Assembly (NCBI RefSeq): GCF_036321535.1
Contig: NC_087447.1
Span: 39,620,001 to 39,684,000 of the forward strand
DNA: 64,000 nucleotides
Source: Camelus dromedarius
Taxonomy: Eukaryota
Reading direction: 5' to 3'
Position numbers and translations under genes: made by a program. Of this stretch, positions 36,646-49,630 are shown piece after piece. The notes below the pieces were generated by a model. That model was not told the DNA's origin. It saw nothing but the letters and a program-made list of their open reading frames with translations, and made no database searches. How positions within the stretch are numbered: the first letter of the stretch is position 1; every line of letters begins with the position of its first letter.

Positions 36646-38800
36646 TAACTTGCAAAAAATAGTCTTCTCAAGATACTATCTTTCCTAAAGACTTTATGAA
36701 ACAGAGCTGGGTGAATATTTTCTTATGCTGGTGACCCATGATCACATACAAATGAGAAACATACTTAACAAACTTAAAAAAAAAAATCAATGTGTGTTTT
36801 AAATTAATAACAGAGAATCAAAAATGTCATCTAATAGATAAAACATATAAAGTTGCTAAAAGCTAAATATATGAAAAAGCAGCACTGTCACATGGAATGA
36901 CTGTGTAAAGTGGACAGAAGGTGACATAAGAGAGGGCAAACAGGGGCAGCCCAGTCTGGGAGGTGACATCACTCCCGGCTGCTGGGCAGCCTCCAGGTCA
37001 GCATGGCGTGCACGGCCAGAAGCCCAGCCCCGGCCACTCTCTCCACCCTCCGCCCTCCCTGGTGTCCCGGACTGGAAGGGCCTGGGGGTAGGGGGCTCCA
37101 GCAATCTGGCCAACCCCACTCCCCCATCAGCACGTGAGCAGGCTGGGAGTAAACTGTGCAGGGGTCTGGAAGAGAGGGAGCCTCCAGTGGGAGGCAACTT
37201 TCACACAACAGTTTCTTAACAAAGCAGCTGGACTTATTTAAAAAAAAAAAAAAAAAAAAAAAGAGGTTCCAGAATGGAAACTATCAGGCACCATGTAGCC
37301 CTGTTTGAAAGAACACACTGGTTCCAAAGACCTTGTTTGCTCTGAAAGGTGAACGTTTAGATGCCCCTGCAAGAGGCACAGATGGGTGTTGAGAATCCAA
37401 GCGTTTGATGGAACTGCCGGCTCCGACGCAACATTCACACTCTACCCTGTACACAACCTCCAGCCTGTGTTGCTGCACCTGCCCAGAATGACTACTGCTG
37501 ACACCTCTGCAGACACGGGCTGAAAGCCTACTGCGTGCAGAACCCAGTGCCACGGCGCACACCGAGTTGTTTGTATTGTACGTAACCCACTGCACACTGA
37601 GAAAACCTGATGGGGAGAGACGGGTGCGCAAACAGACTAGGCATTACAAGTGAGGATTTCACAGAAAATAAATTTAAAAAATGGAAGACTTACTACAAGG
37701 ACTTAAACTCTAGCCAGTCAGAGGGGAAAAAACCAAAGTGTGTGGGTAGAATTAGAGCTCATTTCTCTAATTTTACAGAAGTTCTCATCTTCCAGTATCT
37801 CAGAGAGGTGAAAAGCCCAAATCACTTAGCTTCTCCAGGAACTAGAATACATATTCATTTAGGGTGGGCAGGTGGCCCTCCATCTGCTGAAGGGAAACTG
37901 AAAACACCTAGGGTGCCCTTCACTTACCTCCGTTTACACATCTATCACGTTTCTTCACATTAACTCTTTAGTTCCCCCTCCAGCCCTCATACCCTCTGTC
38001 CCCACCCCAACAATGATCCTTTTCATCCTCATAGCCCCTGGGCCTGGTACATAACAGGTGCCACATAAATGCTTCCTTCTCCTCTGTAATGGTATTCTGG
38101 ACAAGGAAACGTGATCCTGGAACGACCCCATCACAGCTGGAGCTCTGTCACTCAACACTAGTGCATCATACAGTGTGCCAGGTCTCCACCTCACCCCTTT
38201 CCCCAGCACAACTGGGTGTACCACCAGAAGGGTCTGGAGGAAGAAGAAATTACCCATGTCAAGAAGTACCTGCTCTCCCTGCCTCCTGCAATTCCCAACT
38301 AGAGAAAGCACCTCTGGCTGGAAAGGTGGAGTGACCAGGGTCTCCTCGAAGGTCCACAGCATCCCCACCTGTACAGCAGCATGGGCAGCCTCGATCCCTG
38401 CCCTGCCCCTGAGAAATGACTTTCAGAAACCTTCCATGGACCAGGAAGGGGCTCTTCAACGAACTACCTCCCTCAAGGCTCAGCACAACTTGTGAAGCAG
38501 GCCTCAGCCATAAAGTGGGAACATTGTACAGGCAAGGATGTCAGAGCTCAGAAGCCAAGCAGCTTGCCCAAGAGCACACAGCTGCAATTTAACATTCCAT
38601 TCAGAAAAGACCCTGAGGCTCCACACACAAGTCCTGCAAGGTCTCGTGAGTCACTAAACATTTCCTGAAGTGCTCAGAGAGAGAGAAGGCCCAGTGAGCA
38701 AGGTGAAAGAGAACCAGGATGGCTGTTCCCTTCTCTTCACTGTTGCCACCAAAGGAAAGACATGCTGGGGGAATGGAAGCTGTTAAACAAGTAAAAACTG

Positions 38801-38808
38801 ACACACGC

Positions 38809-38840
<32 letters not shown>
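38801..38840. repeat. Imperfect (CA)n microsatellite
   Basis: acacacgccacacacacacacacacacacacacgcacaca is visible directly. Confidence 0.95.
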
Positions 38841-39567
38841 ATGCTGGACAATACCTACTAAGAATGCTGTCTTGAAATGTAAAAACTACAAATTAAACCG
38901 GAGCTAGGTTTGAATTGCTTTTTTAGTTCACTTGTTACGTAGTCTGTACAACATGTAATCAGGACATGTTCCGAAGATTACCCCCAATAAGCTTTGAAAA
39001 GAGCACAGTCATTAAATAAAATCATCAGATAATTGCACGGTTCGTGGGGTTGGGTGTTACTAATACAGATGCTAATTTTATCCGTGCAACCACACTGATA
39101 TCAGGGTGAGGGCACTCCTGAAATGGAAGTTCCTTCAGCAGAGCCCTGTTCTGCAAGGCAGCAAGGCTGAGGGGTGCTCCCAGGCCTCTGCTTAGCTGGG
39201 AGGAGCAGAGTGAATGAGCACAAGGGCACCCCTCGGCCCCAGTCCCTGGAAAAAGCACTGGACTCTTCCAGCTGCATGCTTTCTTTGCCCTCCTTCCAGT
39301 AGAGACACTTCACAGGCAAGGCCTCCCTCGCCCCATCTCCCACTGGATTCCTGTGGAGGAGCTGAGGATGGGAAGCCTGGGATAAATTACCTGTGCTCTC
39401 ACCCTAAGAGGATGTGACAGGGTGGACCAGCCTCCCCCAAGCCTACATCTGGCAATGGGTATGTGCCCCGTTCACATATGGTCCCTTATGAGGACTGAGC
39501 TACATAAAGAGCTATAAAAACGTTGTTACTATGATGATAGAGTTTATGTACATTGTTTCAATACACA

Positions 39568-39945
39568 CGCTACACTAAATGCTTGTGCCCTGCCCCCCAT
39601 TCCTGTGTTAAACCCTAACCCCCAACGTGACGGTATTCGGAGGTGGGGCCTTCGGGAGGTGATTAGGTCATGAGTGTGGCACATTCACACATGAGATGCA
39701 TACCCTTAAAAGGAGCTGAAGAGACCAGAGCGCCTCCTCTTCTGCCCTGTGAGAGCAGCCACATGTGAGCGAGAAGACAGCCATCTATGAACTAGGAAGC
39801 TGGCCTTCCTCACCAGGCGCCCAAACTGCCAGTGCCTTGACCTGGGCCTATTCTAGCCTCCAGAACTGTGAGAAGGAAATTTCTGATGTATGTATGCCAC
39901 CCAGCCCGTGGTGTTCTGTTACTGCAGCCCAATCGGACTAAGACG
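39568..39945 (+). mobile_element. MaLR solo LTR (MLT1A/A0-like)
   Basis: ccctaacccccaacgtgacggtattcggaggtggggccttcgggaggtgattaggtcatgag...ttctagcctccagaactgtgaga...gcagcccaatcggactaagac. Flanks acaca/acact form a near-perfect 5-bp TSD. Confidence 0.9.
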
Positions 39946-40699
39946 ACACTGTATTTGAAAACATTAAGATCCCAAAAGTATTTTCCCTGTCACAGAAGTA
40001 ACTGCTCACATTTCATCTTGTCTCTTTGATCCTCCTGTTTTGTAATCACTCACGCTGGATGAAAAACGTGAGCTCAAAGAGATGAGTCGACAGGGCGGAC
40101 ATCACACACCAGCGTGCGGCAAGTCGGAGCCAGGGCGGTCTCCCCCGCACCGGGCTCCCTCCGCTCCCACGTGAAACAGGGATTTCCTGTTCTGTGAGTG
40201 TAACTCAGCCCTGACGAGAGACCCACGGTATCAACACTCTCCAGCTCATCTGCTAGATTCCCACGCTTACTTACTTCCTGTCTTTAGTGACACAGTTCTG
40301 ACACATCACAGAAGAATAATTCACTCATAACTGCATTTCCAACCCACATGGCCAAATGGAATCCAAAGAGATAAGAGATGAATGAAATGAGATGCAGCCT
40401 ATCAACCCATTCAGAGGCTACCTATGCCTCTGATGCAGATGACGGTCCTCAACCCAGTAGTACCCATGTACCTTAGATTCCTCACGAGACAGGAGGCAAC
40501 CTACTTCCATTCCAAAGATATTCCAGCCCAAAGCCACAAAGATGAGGCTCTAAAGTTCCATTTGCATGTGGTGGGAACTCCCAGTGAAGGCCTCAGTTAT
40601 GTTCCCATTTTATTGAAGAAACTAAACTTGGACAGAGGTTAACCTCCCTCTATGTCCACATTATGTTATGATGCAATTATGAATAAAAACATCCTGTCA

Positions 40700-40885
40700 T
40701 TGGTGACACAGCTTTAACAATTTCTAAATACCTTCACATGTATCATTTCATGTGCTCCGACAAAGCTAAATTGGTGGGGGGGGGGGGGGACAACACTAAG
40801 GTTCAGAGAAGTTCCAGGACTAGACCAGGGTCACAGGGCAAGAAAGTGCTGGAACTGGGGTTAGAACTCACAGATGTGGACTCCT
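40700..40885 (-). mobile_element. MIR SINE interrupted by a G14 homopolymer (40776-40789)
   Basis: ccttcacatgtatcatttcat...[G14]..cactaaggttcagagaagtt...ccagggtcacag..agaaagtgctggaactggggttagaactca. Confidence 0.7.
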
Positions 40886-41924
40886 TGTTCTCATGTTAGG
40901 AACGACAAATTATTGACCTGAAAGCACCACCTGCTACTAAAGCACTGAGTGTTACAGCTCATCACAACCAGGGCGTGGAAGGAAGTCATCCCACAGAGAC
41001 CCTGGCTCTAGACAGCACCAGACCAGAGAGCAGGGGCTCTGCTTCCGGAAGCCCTGGCAGCAGAGTTCACCGCCCCCCACCCCGTGCTAAGTGCAGACGG
41101 GTTAGTGGGGAGGCCACAGCAAAGACTGAATAAAGCATCCAGAGAAGTACAAAGCTCCCCAGCGGCTGCGCGCCCTCCGAGCCCCTTCCACCATCAGCCT
41201 TGGATAGACTGATGTACAATATACCTTCCTGGGTTCCCAGCCTGATTTTCAGACTCACTCTTGCCATCTTATAATTGTTCACATTTAATTTCTTTAAGTT
41301 AATGTACATCAGTGACTCAACAAAATCATTATAATAATGAACTTAATTTGGGAACCCAGCACTCAAAATCCCACAGCCCTTACAAGCCAACGGTTTTCAT
41401 TTGTCTGGGTTCCCTCCTGGTCCTCAGTCCCTGAAACAGTAGATCGTGGAATAGGCACTACTTTGTATTCCTTTTTTTTTTTTCTCATGTAATCGCATTT
41501 CCTCTTTCAACCCAAGCATGTCTAATGACCCTGGCAAGTTCCTACTCCAAAGGCTTCTTTTAGGGCATTTCGATTTCATCACCAATGTAGACAACTGATC
41601 TCAAAGAAGCTCCGTGACATGTCTGCCTTGCAACTCCTAAGGTCTGAGATCATGGTTTGGGTGAAGAGAGCACTTTGGGGGTGGGAGGAGAGGAAGAAAG
41701 GAAAAACAACTGTGCCTTTCTTCTCGGGAGACAAAGTGCTATCAGAGAGGAAGGCTTTAAACGCTCCTGTGGGTGGGTGGGGGCAGGGGGCGCCTATGGC
41801 TCTCGGGCTTCACAGCCGTAGTGTTGTCATAAGGATGAAGCTACTCTCCAGCCCCCAGAACATCAGCGTCCTGTGGGCTGCAGGAAACCACTGTAGGGCA
41901 ACAGCCCTAACTAAGCATACTTCA

Positions 41925-42185
41925 TTCAAACCAGATCACGTCACACTTCCACCTAGAACCTTCGCTATCTGGCTCTGCACTATCAGAGAAGTTTACGCTC
42001 CACGGCCTGGCACACAGTGCCCTCCAAGACCCGACACCCTGCTCCCCTTTGGCTTCTGCCTCTCCCCAACCCTGCACTGGCCCTGAGCTCCAGCCTTGCG
42101 TCCCTGCCCACCTAGCCACTTTGCTCGCTCAGTTCCTCCACCTCCAACCCCAGGAAGTATGACCCTGCCCTCTAGGAGCTCGCAA
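41925..42185 (+). mobile_element. L2 LINE fragment
   Basis: aaaccagatcacgtcacacttccacctagaaccttc..tggctc...cactttgctcgctcagttcctcc. Confidence 0.55.
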
Positions 42186-45100
42186 TCAGGGTAAGAAAAC
42201 AAAGGTGGTGAGCGTGTGTTTATCATATGAAAATCAGTGAGACATTTAGTTGTCTGTGAAACAATAACAACATGGTTTTAACCTATTGTTTCAAATAGTT
42301 TACAACTGTGCCAATACATTACAAAATAAGATTGCCTCTTACACATAACTTCTCTACTGTGAAACAGAACACACAGAAAGTGCTTATGGCATATATATAC
42401 AGCTTAAATGAAGCAATATAAAGTTAATACTCATACAGGTGACTCAATACTTTTTAATTAAAAAAAAAAATCCTCACCGCACAAGCACCTCAGGTCTTCC
42501 TACCAGTGATAACAACACAATCACATCACCTCCGTCACCAGTAGGAGGGGAAGATGCTGAAATGCAATTCCTTCTCTTAACCAGTTCGCCGTGTGCATTG
42601 CTCTAAATATCCCACTGTCTATGTTTCTGTCAACACACATCATTTCAGGTTTCCCATGACAATCCCAATTCCAAAATTTAGGTTCTTTGGTCTCTATAAA
42701 CCACCAAAAGTGCCTCAAATTCCTACAGATCTCCAAGCCTTTTTATTGAACCAGAAACATCATAAAAAACCTTGAACATACCACGAGCCTTAATTTGGGG
42801 CTCACAATATATTTACTGTTACTCTAGCCCCTTTTCTATGTCTGCTTTCTGTTTGTAGTTTGCTTGCAAAATCTAAGAGGATTCAGTTGCTTCATATGGG
42901 TCCCAAGTCAGTCCTAAGCTGACTCGCACAGGTTTTCTCATTTCTACCACTAAGCGTGATAAAAGGTTACAAGTATTTCCGGTGCAATTATAAATTGCAT
43001 CTGCACACCCCAGCTTGCGGGTGCCTCAGGACAATTTCACACTATTCTGGTTCAATGTCTCCCTGTCGCCCTCTAAGCTCGAGAAACTCACTGATATTGA
43101 ATCTCCTTTGACAGCAAAGGCAATTATGAGAGTTCTGTGTGAGAGGAGAGGGGAGGGCTGAGGAAGACACAGACAGAAGGGCAGTTCTGAGGAGCAGGAC
43201 TTGACTGACCCTCCTGGACTCAAAGGGCTTTCATGTCCCAAGGAGCCGGACGCCCTGACTCTGGGTCATTAGCACCAGCACTGATCTCCAAACCAGACAT
43301 GTCCCCAGAGAGGCCCCAAAGCACTACTTCTTCAACTTTTATTTTTCGATGCTTAAAAAAAAAATGCCATGTTCTTTGAAAGAGCTTAATGAGATCTGGT
43401 CATGTGAGAACTGTTCAAAACACATCCACTCTTTATACAAATGTTAGCAGTGGTTCTGTGGACAATGTTGGTGACCCCACGTCTGACGGCGGCAGAATGA
43501 CTGTTAAGTCTAGGTACGCCCTGGAGCATATCAGCTGTAAAATATCCTCTGATGAAAAGTGTGTATGCACTTTCACTCTCTCAAGAGTTTAGGACAGAGG
43601 TTAAAAATAAAAGGTGCTTAATGGTTATTAGGTGCAACCACCCACGTATACAAAAAGTAATGAGAGCATGTCTCCCAATTTCCTACAGGTTGTCTGCCAA
43701 ATTCCTGCCTCCTTCGTGAGAAGACAGAATCTGCAGTGTTTTCTTTGCCATTCAGATATACCACTATCACTATAAACAAACGCTGCTTTCTCTGCAGCTA
43801 ATAACCACAATGTGTGGGTAAGAAACCTCTCCAGTACAAACCCGTGGGGACAAGGCTGCATTGTGGGCATTAAATAATTATAACAATCTGACATGAGTCA
43901 GAGGATTGTTTTTCAATGGCCCTGTTGCACTTCAAACTTTCAAGTCAACCCCAAACTATCTTTCCTGGCACTCTGTCCATGTGCTGGGCTATTGTGAAAC
44001 AATTCTCATTCTTTATAGTTTGGTCCCATTGCAAGGAGCTGGCAACGTGGGCACTCATGAAATATTAACATGTTACATTGATTTTTTTTTATAAGTGTGG
44101 CCAACAGTGGATCAATTATATTACTATGAAAAGCTTTTCATAATTCATTTGGGAGGCATCAAGCTCTCATTTCTAGAAGGCACATGGATGATGAAGTCGA
44201 CACTTTTGAAGAGGCCGGCACTCACACACACAGAATACAGTAATTGTGAGAGATGGAGTAAATTCACTGCTCACAAAAGAAGAAAAAGTTTAAATCTGGC
44301 AAGATGATTAAAACAGGGTACAATATATCAATGAGTTGAGAATTAAGTCCACAGCAGTCTCTCTCTGTAAACAAGAGCATAAAAACCCCAAATGCTGGCA
44401 ATTTACACCCCTTCCAGCTGACCACCATATTTATCCCCACCTCCTTCAGAAGTAAAATTTGCTAATTTCTGGGTAAGAGAAGAATTGTTTCAACCTATCC
44501 CTGATCTGAAGTACCTTTTATTCCGAGAACATTAACACTGGCCTGAAAGAACAGCAGTCTCCCGGGCTGTGTGTGTCCACGGAGAGCCCGGTGTGAGGTT
44601 CTGCTGAGCTGGCAGCTAGTGAGCACACAAGACTTTCCTCTTTAGTTGTGCAGGGTGCATAAACTTCACACAGGCTGCTCCACCAAAGATGGGAGCCCTT
44701 CATCAGAGACGGAAACAATATTTCAAGCCAGCAGGCCGCCAGCCATGCTGCCCAGAGGGGGCATATTGAATAGGGAAGAGGGAGGGACCCCGCAGTACTC
44801 GGTTCCCTACTTTCACATTATACCGCTGTAGTGATCTGTGTCCAGCTCTGTCTCCACCACTAACCCGTGAGCATCTGGAGAGTTAGAACCCGCTCTTATT
44901 CATCTTGGTATTCCTTTCCCTGGCAACAGAGATTTGCACAAAAGATGTGGTAAATGAATAGCCACAGGGTATAAATTACCTCCCACTCTGGGAGTCTTGC
45001 ATCTGGCTCCCGTGTACAAACTAAACTTACCCCTTTCTTGCAATGATCCGTAGCATCACCAGGAGGGAAAAAAAAGGTCACCCAAAGGGCCATCTTCCCA

Positions 45101-48100
45101 ATCTCCGAGATTAGGGACCCAGTGCGAAAATGCCACAAATAAGCCAACAAGTGCTTTCCACCGCTTTTAGTGCTTTCCTTGTGGTCTGTAAGCCACAAGG
45201 AACACCAATAAAGGGTGGGGTGAGTTAAACTGTTAAACCAACCCTGAAATAAATCCTTGGGGAAACAAATATGCAGAGAATAGAGGCTCTCAGGGGCCAA
45301 CGACTGACAAGCAGCCTGGCCAAGTGTCCTGAAAACTGGATTATGGCTAGAATGCTTTTCCAAAACCCTATGGGGCTTTCTAGATAGCCTAGTGGGACTG
45401 TGGTCGCCTGGGCACTAGAAAGAGAGAGGGTGACGGCAAGGCAGGCGGTCTGCCCCACGCAGCCCCCAGTGGGATACGGGCACGGTGGTACTGGGGTAAC
45501 AAGGCCACCAGGTGCAGGTCTGATGCCCAGGAGGAGGGCTCGTCAGCCTGACAGTGGCACCCAACAAAGGGAGGGCTCAGCCGTAACAGAGGGCTGGCCT
45601 GGGCTCCTAAGAACACCCCATCTTCTGAAAAGTGGAAAGGACTTCAGTCAGGGCCAAACCAAAACTGAAGTGCCATAAAAGTAATTTAAAAGGATTAGGT
45701 TGATGTCATACTTATGATCTTAACTTGCCGCCTTCCTTCTTTCCCCGGAGCCAGTGAAGTACCAGTACAGAATTTATCACCCTCTAAGGCAGGCAGCAAC
45801 TTCCATGTGTTGGTGTGGCCAGCACCTGCTCTCTTATGCACCCCAGTGCTGAGAACACACATTTCTCCTTTGGCTCCACCTCTGTTCTGAAGAACATATA
45901 AAGCAACACACACACAACCCTAATGCAAACACTCTCTAAAACTGTCAAATCTCCATGCTTCAGCCTAGATTACAATTTAGTCCAATCATCACCCAATCAT
46001 ACCACTTACTACTTGGTTACATTTAGCTAAAATTTTCACCTGGAACACCTGTCACCAGAGATGTGACATCACATCCATGCCAGGTTTTAATGAAGGAGGA
46101 CGGTCATGGCACACACAGCCACACGGTGTGTTCTATGGCGTGGGTCCACTACATTTCTGGGACCTCTTTTCTCCTCCAGATTCCTCTATTTCACTTTCCA
46201 TATTTTCTCGATTTAAATGTTGTGTTCAAGTAGAAATGAAAAGTTTTGAAGAATAAAAACCAAATGGAAACCATTGGAGTGGGGACAGCATTGTTTATTC
46301 CAGAGGCAGCTGGGAGCTCTCTCCCTTCCCCAGGGGCCTCCCTGCAAACGAGGGCAGTGGCCTGCTTTGTCTGGGAAGCAAGGGAGGGAGGCTTCCTGGT
46401 CCCGCAGGCCTGCCTTCCCACTCACTGGGAGAAAGCCACACAGCTTTCATTTCACAAGTCACCCTCTCTGAGGGCGAGGGACAGGGGCTCTGAAGCCCAC
46501 AGGATGAACCCTACTCTTATCTATAAACAAAACTGGCTTTGATGTCGCCTGCCTCTTTCCCTTTTCAATTGTGGTTTATCAGCAGCAGCATCTCCATTAA
46601 GCACTTAGTCAGCAGCCATTATGGGGCCCACTTCTGCACTGGGTGCCTGCTCCCAAGAATAATAAAAGGAAAAGAGCGTGTGCCTGGCCCACGTGGAGGG
46701 AGCATTGGCTGAGGGTGGGGGGCAGACACACACAGACAGTGGCTTGGGACAGTTGGGGGGCAGTGGAACTTGACATCAGGACTGCCGGCCCTCTCACTGG
46801 GTGACAAACGTCCTAACCTGTCTCAACCTCTACACCCTTCCTGCCACTGGGGATGACAAGAGAAAACATGGGCCAGATTCTCAAGTATGTTATTTGATTT
46901 ATTTATGTGACCTGTGAATCACTTCGGATCTGGACTTTCCCTCCATCACAGACCCCGGCATTCCCGACAAGGACAAGTCCCTCAGGCTCCCTGAAACCAA
47001 AAGCACTCTCCCCAGCCCAGCCCCAGGGTCCCCTTCTTCCACGCAAGCTCTCCAGCCAGGCCAGCAGGGGCTGGAGGGGCAGCCGTGGACCTCAGCCCCA
47101 CCTCCTCTTTGGGGCTGGCCGGAGCCCATCTCACCACTCTTACATCGGTTCCTGCAACCTTCTGAGGCACCGGTTGGCTACAAACATATCTGTTTCCACA
47201 GGGAACAGACTCTCTCTTCAAGAGCGGAACCAGCACTCAAACACAGGACCAGTGGCCCAGGACACCGTCCTCTGAAGACAGAAGTTCTCAGGTACTGCCG
47301 GGGTGCCCAGGGCCCCCCGCGGCCTCAGGACAGGCCTCAACAGCCAGAGTGTGGTCTCTGGCCTCTGCCAGACAGCGTCCTCGCGCAGAGAGCAAACAAT
47401 GACACACAGTGTCCGCAAGGCTGCTTGCCGCTTCCCCCATACGTCAGCCCCAGTGACCAGTGAGGCAAAGGGGAACAAGAAACAGCTACCAGAACAGTTT
47501 GTTTGTGTCCAGCTGTCGAGAACCCAGATGCAGTGCCAACGGGGAAAGAAACACCCTCCTTGTAGCACTTCTTCAGGGCCGCAGACTTGTGGTCAGCAAC
47601 TCCCGACTATGTCCAAGAGAGCCAGACCCCACCCCCTCTCCTCCGCTATGGGCGGTGACTCTAGACACTGCCTCAAGGAAGAGAGGATTCCAGCACCCCA
47701 GCAAAATCCAAATGAAACACAGAGATCCCTGGTGAACCTGCAGCTTGGCTTGCTGTCCTCCGGTACCACTACCCTCCCAGAAGAGGGGAAGGACTGGGTA
47801 TCATCGCATTGAGTCCTTCCATAAGCTTGCAAAGGAGATGCAAACTGGGGCTCAGAGAAGTTAAGTAGTTCACACAAAGTCACACAGCTATCATGGCATA
47901 GGGAGGCCTCAAGGCTCTCACAGTTCAGTTCCAGAAATGAAAAGCAGTCTTGGCTTTAGTATTACACTGCTTGTCGAGAGCACCACTGTGAAGAACAGAG
48001 CACGTGCACACACACAACGGGAAATGCTGTTTTCCCAGGCCCCAACTTGGGAGGCACAGTCCATACGGGCTGCCAAAAGAGCACAGTGCGCCCCACAGTG

Positions 48101-49384
48101 CTCACTTCACCTGAGCAGCTCCTCCCTCCCTCCTACCGCCTAATTTGGCTCACTGCACACTTTCTCAAAGGAGGCTCCCTCAACGGTGTCTGAAAGATGA
48201 CACTTCTATGATTTCATAATGGAAAAGAAGCACCCATCAGTCCCCTCTGGCCTCCTCCCGCCTCTCAAGCATCCAAAGTGGTAGCAGCTGCTGCCAGGAC
48301 TCCTAGGGCGCCCCGGCTCAGCTCCCTGCCTCTCCTGTTTCGACACCCTCAGCCCCGTGAGCGTCCCCACCAGGACCGACCTCCTCCCTTTCAGCCCCAG
48401 GCCAGCTCTCAGCTGTCCGGCTGCACCGCTCCTCCTGCGTCGCATCTGCCCAGCAGAGCCCGTTGGCCTCCCCAAAGGGAGCGAGTCAGTGAAGACACGC
48501 AGCTGACTCTCTCTGGTCCTGAATGTAGAGGGCTCATGCTTACCAAACTTCCAGCACCTCCAAGATGTTAAGCTTTCTCTTCATAAATTTCACAAGTCTC
48601 ATATTAGATACTATATTTGAAAAAAGACTGGCTACCAGTAGTAATTCAGAATTCTGTTTGTAAGCTTTTTTTTTAACTTGTGCCTGTGTGAATTTCCTCC
48701 ATTGTCACTTATCCTGTTTATTACAGACCTGTCGTCCATGTAAGGCTAAGAGTGCCTTTGGATAGTGGCAAATACCATCATCATTTCCATCTTCTTGGAT
48801 ACTGACAGACACTAAGTCTCTTTTCACTGGCACCTTTCTGGAATTCCAACAATGAGAGAAGACCAGATAGGGATTAGTGCTGCATGCTAGGATGCACTAT
48901 TCCTCCCTGCCTACCCAACCACCTCTTTGCAAACCCCTGAAGTCTTGTCTTTCACTCACATCCATCCCCAAGTGCTCAAGCCAGGAAGCCATCGTTGAAT
49001 AAGTGGTGGCAAGAGGGTCATTTCCCCTACCTTCCCTGTAAACCCAGGAAGCAATTTTCTCAGTCCACAACCACAAGCCTAAAGCCACAAGCTCAAAAGC
49101 CCATGTGCATCATAAAGACAGTATTTCTGCGCATGGCCCTGATCCTGTGGTTAGCTCTGGCTGGTGTATAGCTGCTGTGTACAAGATGACCTATCCAACC
49201 ATAGGAGAGTGGCTTTGAGGGACTCTTTTCAGGGTAAAGGCAAGAGTTTCACAAAATAAGCAAAGCCCACTTGGAGAAAGGTTACATCTGTAACGCCCCA
49301 GACTCCCAAGAATGATACAATTTGGACTTCTACCCACCCCGACAGCCTACAATAACTGGAGAACTACCTCTCCATCCTGGGAAC

Positions 49385-49630
49385 ATTTTTTATTAAATAG
49401 AATATTTTTAAGAGCCATTTTACGTTTATAGCAATATTAAGCAGAAGGTACAGAGATTTTCCCATATCCTCTGCCCCTACATATGCATAGCCTCCTCCAT
49501 TACCAACATCCCCCACCACAGTGGCACATTTGCTACAACTGATACACTTACACTGATACATCATTGTCGCCCATCCATAGTTTACCTTAGGGTTCACTCC
49601 TGGTATTGTACATTTTATGGGATTGAGTGA
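49385..49630 (-). mobile_element. L1MC-type 3' UTR end
   Basis: ttttaagagccattttacgtttatagcaatattaagcagaaggtacagagattttcccatat...cccccaccacagtggcacatttgctacaactgat...ccatagtttaccttagggttcactc matches the reverse of the L1MC1-like 3' end. Confidence 0.85.

Noticed and set aside
48270..48490. GC/CpG-richer patches (also about 31500-31950 and 50850-50970) as CpG-island promoters
   Set aside because: They are short and only modestly CpG-enriched by eye, with no evidence of an alternative first exon.
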